DNA of 64,000 nt, from NCBI GenBank assembly GCA_041661645.1, contig JBAZUA010000003.1, positions 22,841 to 86,840 on the forward strand, read 5' to 3'. Shown piece by piece: positions 57,251-64,000 of the stretch. The DNA comes from Minisyncoccota bacterium. GTDB lineage: Bacteria > Patescibacteriota > Minisyncoccia > Phycocordibacterales > UBA6065. The first letter of the stretch is position 1. The number at the start of each line of letters is the position of its first letter. The translations under genes were made by a program, and so were the position numbers. The notes under the pieces were generated by a model. The model searched no databases. It saw only the letters and a list, made by a program, of their open reading frames with translations, and had not been told where the DNA came from.

Positions 57251-57886
57251 ATGAAAATCACCAAGCTCGGACACTGCTGCCTCCTCATCGAAGCCAAGGG
57301 TAAGAGGGTCATGACCGATCCCGGCAATTACTCGACGGCGCAGAATTCCCTGATGGGCGTCGATTTCGTCCTCATCAGCCACGAGCACGGCGACCATTTC
57401 CACGTTGAGTCGCTTAAGGAGGTTATGAAGAACAACCCTCAGGTGAGAATAATCACCAATCAGAGCGTGGGGAAGCTGCTCGATAGGGAAAACATCCCTC
57501 ACACGATTGTCGGCCACGGCATGATGACCGACATGGCGGGCGTGTCCCTCGTCGGGCTGGGCGTAAAGCATGCAGCCATATACAAATCGGTCGAGGACGT
57601 CGAGAACACGGGATACGTCATCGACGACAGGCTCTTCTATCCCGGCGACGCCTTCACCCTGCCGGGAAGGGAGATCGACATACTCGCCCTGCCCGTGGCG
57701 GGACCGTGGATGAAGATATCCGAGGCCCTCGAGTATGCCTTGGAGGTAAAGCCGAAGAAATGCTTTCCCGTGCACGACGGAAACCTGCGCACTTATGGCG
57801 TGAGCCACAGGCTGCCGACGAACGTCCTGACCTCGGCGGGAATCGAGTTCGTCGCCCTCGAGGAGGGGAGGAGCGTGACCTTTTAA
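57251..57886 (+). CDS. MBL-fold metallo-hydrolase
   Basis: LISHEHGDH metal-binding motif. Confidence 0.7.
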   Translation: MKITKLGHCCLLIEAKGKRVMTDPGNYSTAQNSLMGVDFVLISHEHGDHFHVESLKEVMKNNPQVRIITNQSVGKLLDRENIPHTIVGHGMMTDMAGVSLVGLGVKHAAIYKSVEDVENTGYVIDDRLFYPGDAFTLPGREIDILALPVAGPWMKISEALEYALEVKPKKCFPVHDGNLRTYGVSHRLPTNVLTSAGIEFVALEEGRSVTF

Positions 57887-57892
57887 AACAAT

Positions 57893-58166
57893 ATGAGAAC
57901 CATCGAAAAAAGGTCTAGCCGGAGTACTTCCAGGAGATCCTCGGTGGCAGGAAGACGTTTGAGTTTCGACTCAACGACTTTGACATAGACGAGGGCGACA
58001 CTCTCGTGTTGAGGGAGTGGGATCCGAAGGCGAAGGGCTATACGGGCAGGGCGCTCGAAAAGAGGGTTGGCTATGTCGGCAGGTGGAAGACGGATGATCT
58101 GACCAGGTTCTGGCCAAGAGAGGATATCGACGAGAGGGGGATACAGGTGATATCGCTCAAGGACTA
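57893..58166 (+). pseudogene. ASCH-domain-like gene disrupted by a +1 frameshift near its 5' end
   Basis: ATG frame stops after 30 codons; the other frame encodes EYFQEILGGRKTFEFRLNDFDIDEGDTLVLREW... (ASCH-like) but lacks a start. Confidence 0.4.
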
Positions 58167-58318
58167 GGGTGAATAAAAGCTGCCCCAAGCGCTCCCGTCT
58201 CATTGACTCAACCAAAGATTAGTGTTAATAAGCTAACAGTAGACACTTGTTATTTCACATACGGGTTGGCTCTGAAAGGAAGCCTTGGTGTCCCAAACAA
58301 CACACCTGAAAATCAAGC

Positions 58319-58987
58319 ATGGACTCAAAACTATTCGTCACGTGCGTGAGGCGTCTTCATTCGGTTCAGATCGTCTATCTGACGTTCAGACTCGGACAGG
58401 AGGGCATCGTCGGCCTTCGGCAGTTCGTCTCTCTGGTTGAATCGACGCCCGGCATCCTTGCCGTCGAGCCGGGGCTTTTCCATCTCAAGCGCACGCTCCG
58501 GTCTGGCCCTTGGGAAAACGTCCGGCGGACCGTCATAGTCTATGGATTGGCCCATGCCGATCCCGGCCTTCTGGAACAGATCGCCCCAGGTCTCGATCAC
58601 ATTGCCTCGGTTCAGCACAGAGCGAGCAGGCTCTTCACAAGTAGTCCGTCGGTCAGGCTCGTCGTTGCCGATGCGATACTTGAATTGATTTTGGAACCCA
58701 ATCTTGTGTATGAGATATGGGGATGGGGAGTCGGGATATCGGGGAATTTCAAGGAGATCGATGGCCTGCCGGCAGTCGTGTTTGATCTGTATGACCAGCA
58801 TGACGGAAAGGATCTCCTCAAGATTGCGATTGACGGCTGGTCCGGAAGGATTGGCGTCAACGGGACGTGGGGAGATCGGATGGCAGGTAGTCCAGACGAG
58901 CTCCAGCGGCTTATCCTCTCGGCTCTGGTCGGGCGTCTCGATGCGATGACGGCACCGGGGCAGCCCGTTTCACAGGTTGCACGATAA
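58319..58987 (+). CDS. hypothetical protein
   Basis: 222-aa ORF followed by strong terminator; preferred over antisense ORF. Confidence 0.4.
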   Translation: MDSKLFVTCVRRLHSVQIVYLTFRLGQEGIVGLRQFVSLVESTPGILAVEPGLFHLKRTLRSGPWENVRRTVIVYGLAHADPGLLEQIAPGLDHIASVQHRASRLFTSSPSVRLVVADAILELILEPNLVYEIWGWGVGISGNFKEIDGLPAVVFDLYDQHDGKDLLKIAIDGWSGRIGVNGTWGDRMAGSPDELQRLILSALVGRLDAMTAPGQPVSQVAR

Positions 58988-59025
58988 CCCACCAAGCGGA
59001 AACCCGCTTCGGTGGGTTTCTTTTT
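58988..59025 (+). terminator. rho-independent terminator
   Basis: cccaccaagcggaaacccgcttcggtgggtttcttttttg. Confidence 0.7.
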
Positions 59026-59135
59026 TGTTGACTATCGCGTCCACGAGGACTAGTATCTGGTCATCCCTTCGCCATCACGGCCTGGGCTTCCCGCACGGGA
59101 ATCCGTGCATTGATTGTTCCTTAAAAAAGACTTGC

Positions 59136-59855
59136 ATGAAAGCAACCTTATCGGACCAGGCGGACTCCTCTGGACCCGCCACCATACGACAGATTGCCAA
59201 GCTCAATAGGCTTGTTTCAGACCAAAATCCCACGAAAGAACGCATGCAGCGGGCCATGAGGCTCATTCCTGACTTGCTGAAGGCGGATCTCGGCAAGGTG
59301 AGTCGCTATGACCTCTGCAGGCTCGTTGGCAGGGAGCTTCCGTTCGAGGTCCTCGGCGAGGAATTCACCCAGGACCTCGAGTATGGCACGCCCATCCTGC
59401 CGATGCTCGCGTGGCACTATGATAATGACCTCATCCTCCACAGGAACCTCTTTGATCATATGTCGCGAATCATCATGGCCAACGACTATGATGGCCGCCA
59501 TCAGTCTTTCGGAACCCACAGGTTCTTCATGGTGGGGTGTTGCGACGAGTCTGTTCTCAAGAGCTTCGACCTTCGGCCGGCAAATCTCGACGAGCTCTTT
59601 GCGTCTCGGGAGAACATCGCGTGGCAGAAAGTCAAGGTTTCGAGCCTCTCGGCGAGGCACGGCAACTGCTGGCTGAGATACGAGTATGTGAGGGAGTCCA
59701 TAAGGACCTATTCGAGGCTCAGGATCGTCGATCCCTGTGATGACAGGAGGCTTTACGAGGAGGAATATGACGGAAGCCCCCTCCATGGCTCGAAGTGCAA
59801 CACGCCGACCCTCGTCCGGCGGGTGGTTGACCTGACTCAGGACGATGTCGATTGA
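59136..59855 (+). CDS. hypothetical protein
   Basis: Start at MKATLSDQ downstream of terminator; terminator at 59868. Confidence 0.45.
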   Translation: MKATLSDQADSSGPATIRQIAKLNRLVSDQNPTKERMQRAMRLIPDLLKADLGKVSRYDLCRLVGRELPFEVLGEEFTQDLEYGTPILPMLAWHYDNDLILHRNLFDHMSRIIMANDYDGRHQSFGTHRFFMVGCCDESVLKSFDLRPANLDELFASRENIAWQKVKVSSLSARHGNCWLRYEYVRESIRTYSRLRIVDPCDDRRLYEEEYDGSPLHGSKCNTPTLVRRVVDLTQDDVD

Positions 59856-59867
59856 CGAAGGTCGTCT

Positions 59868-59903
59868 CGAGCGAGCCCGCATCTTCAAGGTGCGGGCTTT
59901 TTT
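59868..59903 (+). terminator. rho-independent terminator
   Basis: gagcccgcatcttcaaggtgcgggctttttta. Confidence 0.7.
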
Positions 59904-59948
59904 ATAAGGAATTCTATGCAAACGAAACCCTCTGATATACTTTCACTC

Positions 59949-60695
59949 ATGAAACTCATAACGCTCAATGCCTGGGGAGGGAGGGTCAGGGAGCCCCTCG
60001 AGAAATTCGTCGATCATCACCGCGACGCTGACACCCTGTGTCTCCAAGAGGTCTATAGGGACCGATATGAGTCGCCCGACAACATTGATCGGTCTAAGGC
60101 GAATTTCAATTTGTATCAGGACCTACAGAAACGCCTCGACGGTCACAATCACGAGTTCTGTCAGATGCTCGGTGGCATATACGGGTTGGCTACGTTCACG
60201 AATGCGGGCGTCGAAGTCATCGAAAGGGGCGAGACCCTGGTCGCCCGGGGCAATTGGCACGAGACTCTCGATCTCAAGAACCGTGACCTTAACAGGAAGC
60301 TGATGTGGTTTGAGGCCAGGATCAGAGGCAAGATGGTTCTCGTCGTGAATACCCATCTCACCCATCGCCCGGAAGGGAAGATGGATAGCGAGAAGCGAAT
60401 TAACCAGTCAAAAATAATCGTCGAGTTTCTCAGGATGTTCGACTGCTCGAAGATCCTGTGCGGGGACTTTAACCTTCTGCCCGACACGGAAAGCATCAGG
60501 GCAATCGAGGCGAGCGGGATGAGGAATCTGGTCAAGGAGTACGGCGTCGAGTCTACTCGCACGGAACTCTATAAAAAGCCCCTCAGGTTCGCCGATTATA
60601 TTTTCGTGTCCCCGGACGTGAAGGTCAATGATTTTAGGGTGTTGCCGGATGTTGTCTCGGATCATTCGCCGCTTTATCTGGATTTTGAGGTATAG
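59949..60695 (+). CDS. endonuclease/exonuclease/phosphatase (EEP) family protein
   Basis: LITLNAWGG, LCLQEV, GDFN, SDHSPL motifs. Confidence 0.7.
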   Translation: MKLITLNAWGGRVREPLEKFVDHHRDADTLCLQEVYRDRYESPDNIDRSKANFNLYQDLQKRLDGHNHEFCQMLGGIYGLATFTNAGVEVIERGETLVARGNWHETLDLKNRDLNRKLMWFEARIRGKMVLVVNTHLTHRPEGKMDSEKRINQSKIIVEFLRMFDCSKILCGDFNLLPDTESIRAIEASGMRNLVKEYGVESTRTELYKKPLRFADYIFVSPDVKVNDFRVLPDVVSDHSPLYLDFEV

Positions 60696-61287
60696 AACAC
60701 GACGCTGATGATTTTCATCAAGACGATAAGCGCCAGCTGAATGGCGATGTTCACGAATATCAGATTGAGCGCCACCGCGCCTAACCCCACGAGAAGGGGA
60801 GACGAGACGAAGAAAAGGAGGATGAGCACGGGCCAGACGTTTTTCATGTCCTGAATCGATGGGCCTAACATGGCGCCGACATTGAGGAAGAGAAGAATCA
60901 TCACCCAGCTCTGCCATTCCCAGGGGCGAATCTGTGCCAGGAGGCCCAACGGGTCGGTGAGCGCGAACGCGTCCTTGAACAGGAAATGATTCACCAGAAA
61001 GAGGAACAGCAATCCGCCGAATATGGGCGCCGACGATATGAGGGGCTTTCCTATGAGGGGAAGCTTTGGTGTACCGTGCACCACGTGCGGTTCTGACGAG
61101 AATACCTTGAACTCGACGACCCTAGCGCCTGTGGCCAGGCAGAGCAGGGCATGGGAGCTCTCGTGGACGAAGGTGCCGACATAATAGGAAAGTCGGACGA
61201 TGCGATGGTTGAGGTATCGCCAGTTGAGCCAGTTGCTCGCGTAGCCGAAGATGACGATGAGGAGAATGACGAGTCCGAGGCTCATGA
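60674..61287 (-). CDS. membrane protein with HExxH motif (putative metalloprotease)
   Basis: Start at MSLGLVILLIV; FVHESSHAL; multiple TMs. Confidence 0.45.
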
Positions 61288-61336
61288 TGGGTACAGGATA
61301 CCATGCCTGGCGCGCTGCTGTTATAATGAATTCACC

Positions 61337-62425
61337 ATGAGCGTCTTTTCGGATATAAGGGCCTTCGTCATGAAGTACGAGAGATACGTGTCTCCCGTAA
61401 CTTTGGTTATGGGCTTCACCTTTGACAGCCTGATGCTCAGGAGGATTGACGTCTTCTTCAGCAACGCCCTCCTCATCTCCTACCTTCTCATTGCGGCCCT
61501 TTCCATCCTGATCCTGAACATATCCGTCAGTCGCAGGGAGGAGCAGGACAACAAGGAGACCACCTTCCATCTGATACTCGTCTTCATGATGCAGTTCTGC
61601 TTCGGAGGGCTTTTCAGTGCGTCTTTCCTCTTCTATTCTCGCAGCGGGTCGGTCATAGCGAGTTGGCCCTTTCTCGTCCTCATCCTTGCCTACATGATGG
61701 GCAACGAGTTCTTCAGGAAGAATTACACCCGCCTGGGCTTTCAGGTTGCGACGCTGTTCTCGGCCATTTTCTCATTCCTCATATTTTTCTTTCCGGTGAT
61801 TCTGAGCAGGATGGATGACGCCATCTTCCTTTTGAGCGGCATAGCGAGCCTCATTATTACGGGTTTCTTTGTCTACGTGCTCTCGTGGTTCACTCCGCAA
61901 AGGGTCAAGAAGGGCACACTCATGCTCGTCGGGAGCGTTCTCGGCATATTCGCCCTGATCAACATGCTCTACTTCACCAACCTCATCCCGCCGATCCCGC
62001 TCGCCCTCAAGGAGCTTGGTGTCTACCAGTCCCTTTCCAAATTTCCCGATGGCTCCTATCTTCTGACGGGGGACAGGCGGTCCCTTCTCGACTCGCTTCT
62101 CGGCAGGGCGACGGTTCACGTTGTTGCGGGTGAGCCCCTTTACGCCTTCAACGCCATTTTCGCGCCGGCCAGCCTCTCGACCGACATCGTTCATGACTGG
62201 CAGTACTATGACAAGACGAATGGTTGGGTTACGTCGAGCAGGATCGGGCTCTCCATAGTCGGCGGGCGAGAGAGTGGCTTCAGGACCTACTCGATCAAGG
62301 AAAATCTGTTTCCCGGCAAATGGCGCGTCAACGTCGAGACTGTTCGCGGCCAGCTCATAGGCCGCCTTACCTTCGATCTCGTCCTCTCTGACGCAACCGA
62401 GCAGCTGATTACCGATGTTCGATGA
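61337..62425 (+). CDS. polytopic membrane protein with C-terminal soluble domain (hypothetical)
   Basis: Start at MSVFSDIRAF; 7-8 TMs then ~120-aa hydrophilic domain. Confidence 0.5.
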   Translation: MSVFSDIRAFVMKYERYVSPVTLVMGFTFDSLMLRRIDVFFSNALLISYLLIAALSILILNISVSRREEQDNKETTFHLILVFMMQFCFGGLFSASFLFYSRSGSVIASWPFLVLILAYMMGNEFFRKNYTRLGFQVATLFSAIFSFLIFFFPVILSRMDDAIFLLSGIASLIITGFFVYVLSWFTPQRVKKGTLMLVGSVLGIFALINMLYFTNLIPPIPLALKELGVYQSLSKFPDGSYLLTGDRRSLLDSLLGRATVHVVAGEPLYAFNAIFAPASLSTDIVHDWQYYDKTNGWVTSSRIGLSIVGGRESGFRTYSIKENLFPGKWRVNVETVRGQLIGRLTFDLVLSDATEQLITDVR

Positions 62426-62491
62426 GGGCTTTTTCAAGCTTTGTGGCCGTGGTATGATGGAGGGATAGTCTTAACGTTAATTTCATTTATG

Positions 62492-63115
62492 AACAAAAAA
62501 GGCATTATTGCTGCGATTGTCGTCATTATCCTCGTAGTCGTCGGCTTCTCCATACTCAAGAAGGGCGACACCGTGTCTCCTACAGGCACGAGCACCCCTG
62601 TCGTCAATTCAGAGGTGCCCGCTGGCGTCACCAAGGCTGACTACACTCCTGTCACCAAGGATTCCACCGATGTGACCCTTTTGGGCAGACTCAAGAAGGC
62701 ATCGGTTGGGGTAAGCGAGGACGGCAGCCGCGTGGCACTCTCTAACGGAACCGGATCATTCTCCATCGAGGGTAGCGCGACCAAGGGAACCGTAACCCTT
62801 GGGGATATCGCCATCGAGAAGGTGAAGGGCTCTCGAAATGACGTCCTCACCACCGTCGCCGTAAACAACGGAGGTTCGACCACCAACACCTACGTCGTCC
62901 TTTTCCAGGATCAGGGCAGCGCGCTCGATGACAAGGCCTACGCTCTCGTAGGTGAGGGGGTTAAGGTCACCGGCATTCGCACTGATGTCGTATCTGATAG
63001 CACCATTGACTACATCGTATCCGTTTCCTACACCGACAAGGCAGGAAAGGCCCATACCAAGATCCTCGTCGTCGAGGCCGGACTCTTCAACGCCTCAAAG
63101 GAGATCAGCCTTTAA
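62492..63115 (+). CDS. membrane-anchored Thr/Ser/Gly-rich hypothetical protein
   Basis: Start at MNKKGIIAAIVVIIL TM anchor. Confidence 0.45.
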   Translation, partial: NKKGIIAAIVVIILVVVGFSILKKGDTVSPTGTSTPVVNSEVPAGVTKADYTPVTKDSTDVTLLGRLKKASVGVSEDGSRVALSNGTGSFSIEGSATKGTVTLGDIAIEKVKGSRNDVLTTVAVNNGGSTTNTYVVLFQDQGSALDDKAYALVGEGVKVTGIRTDVVSDSTIDYIVSVSYTDKAGKAHTKILVVEAGLFNASKEISL

Positions 63116-63129
63116 TCAGGCCTAGGAAT

Positions 63130-63170
63130 AAGCTTGAAAAACGCCTCACTCTGTTGAGGCGTTTTTCTTT
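63130..63170. terminator. rho-independent terminator (bidirectional form)
   Basis: aaaaacgcctcactctgttgaggcgtttttc. Confidence 0.7.
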
Positions 63171-63189
63171 GGGTGCTATAGTCAGTCCC

Positions 63190-64000
63190 ATGCTCATGCT
63201 CGACGGAATAAAGGTTCGGGACTTCCATGTCGGCCGGCTCACCCTGCGGGCCAAGGCCCTTTCGTGCCGGCCGACCCTCGCCTTGTTTCAGATAGGGGAT
63301 AATGCCGAGTCCTCGGTGTATATTCGCCAGAAGAAAAAGTTCGCCGAATTGGTCGGCGCCCTGGTCATCCATCGACACTTCCCGACCGATGTCTCGTTTG
63401 ATGTGGTCGCCCGGGCGATACGCGCTGATAATTTGGATGAGGGCATCCACGGCATAATCCTGCAGCTGCCTGTCCCTCCGCACATTGACGGGGGAGCCCT
63501 CATCGAGGTCATCGACCCTCGGAAGGACGTTGATGGCCTGACCATGGAGAGCCAGGCCCTTCTCGCCGAGGGGAAGCCCCGATTCGTTCCCGCCACCGCA
63601 AAGGCCGTGAAGTTTATCCTCGATTTCTACGGCATTTCCGTGGCCGGCAAGAAGGCGGCAGTCCTCGGCAGGTCAAAGCTCGTAGGTTTGCCTGCATCAC
63701 GCCTGATTCGGTCCATGGGTGCCGATGTCACGGTCTGTCACTCCCAGACGCCTAATACCAGGGAGGTCACCCTCGCTTCCGATATCGTCATCGTTGCCAT
63801 CGGAAAGCCGGGGCTCATAGGTCGCGAATACTTCAAAAAGGGCGCGGTGATCATCGATGTGGGCATAAACAGCGTCATGGGGGAGGCGTCTGCCGGCAGG
63901 AGGCTTGTCGGGGATGTGGATCATGAGGCTGCTGCTGCGGTGGCTTCGGCTATGACTCCCGTGCCGGGCGGGGTGGGTCCTGTGACGGTGCTCTCGTTAT
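63190..64000 (+). CDS. folD: bifunctional methylenetetrahydrofolate dehydrogenase/cyclohydrolase, 3' end beyond window
   Basis: Translation MLMLDGIKV...GRSKLVGLPASRLI...DVTVCHSQT...DIVIVAIGKPGLI...PVPGGVGPVTV matches FolD; absent from ORF track because no stop in window. Confidence 0.85.
   Translation, partial: MLMLDGIKVRDFHVGRLTLRAKALSCRPTLALFQIGDNAESSVYIRQKKKFAELVGALVIHRHFPTDVSFDVVARAIRADNLDEGIHGIILQLPVPPHIDGGALIEVIDPRKDVDGLTMESQALLAEGKPRFVPATAKAVKFILDFYGISVAGKKAAVLGRSKLVGLPASRLIRSMGADVTVCHSQTPNTREVTLASDIVIVAIGKPGLIGREYFKKGAVIIDVGINSVMGEASAGRRLVGDVDHEAAAAVASAMTPVPGGVGPVTVLSL

Noticed and set aside
58331-58801. 156-aa minus-strand ORF
   Set aside because: Overlaps the + strand 58319-58987 ORF, which is followed by a strong + strand terminator; the minus ORF is likely antisense noise in GC-rich DNA.
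63112-63924. Three minus-strand ORFs (63112-63483, 63288-63596, 63697-63924)
   Set aside because: The + strand here encodes a clear FolD (through the window end) that was not in the ORF track because it has no stop; the minus ORFs are antisense artefacts.
1-64000. CRISPR arrays, rRNA genes, transposase/IS elements
   Set aside because: No short regularly spaced direct repeats, no rRNA-like conserved stretches, and no transposase/integrase-like ORFs were recognizable anywhere in the window.

Overview
This 64-kb window reads like a chromosomal segment from a small, reduced bacterial genome. The organism is probably a Patescibacteria/CPR-like lineage, judged from short housekeeping proteins, type IV pilus genes, TrmB-type regulators and the absence of biosynthetic operons; this is inference from content only. 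Housekeeping genes include a 5'-truncated dnaN, a PBP1A, tyrS, ruvC-yebC-ruvB, ruvA, polA, tsaE, holA-like, fpg, a murE-like ligase, rpsT, rplS, def, coaD/coaE, trxA and a 3'-truncated folD. There are seven tRNAs (Lys-TTT, Arg-GCG, Ser-TGA, Arg-TCT, Val-TAC, Leu-GAG, His-GTG), a type IV pilus set (pilB, pilin, pilMNO), a P-type ATPase and two RelE/ParE-type toxin-antitoxin pairs. The standout is a complete diversity-generating retroelement (DGR) at 24.1-26.6 kb. Its target gene carries a 128-bp C-terminal variable repeat, and a 128-bp template repeat lies 476 bp downstream. The two repeats differ at 23 positions, every one an adenine in the template, with no other mismatch. An Avd-like four-helix-bundle ORF sits on the opposite strand, followed by a reverse transcriptase with the DGR-typical GNLTSQ and YADD motifs. 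Other accessory-like signals: a low-GC islet after tRNA-Lys (DUF3800 protein and others); a free-standing LAGLIDADG homing endonuclease between rplS and tRNA-Leu; an HNH endonuclease abutting tRNA-Ser; and tandem att-like direct repeats next to tRNA-Arg(TCT). The 40.7-57 kb stretch is cassette-like: a 28-nt intergenic repeat (GTTCTAACAACCTCCACCACGGCACCCA) occurs nine times, usually just after a gene's terminator. A 43-nt duplicate of the def 3' end at 55.9 kb brackets about 15 kb of mixed-function genes. No CRISPR array or rRNA gene was seen. Coordinates of small elements may be off by 1-2 nt.
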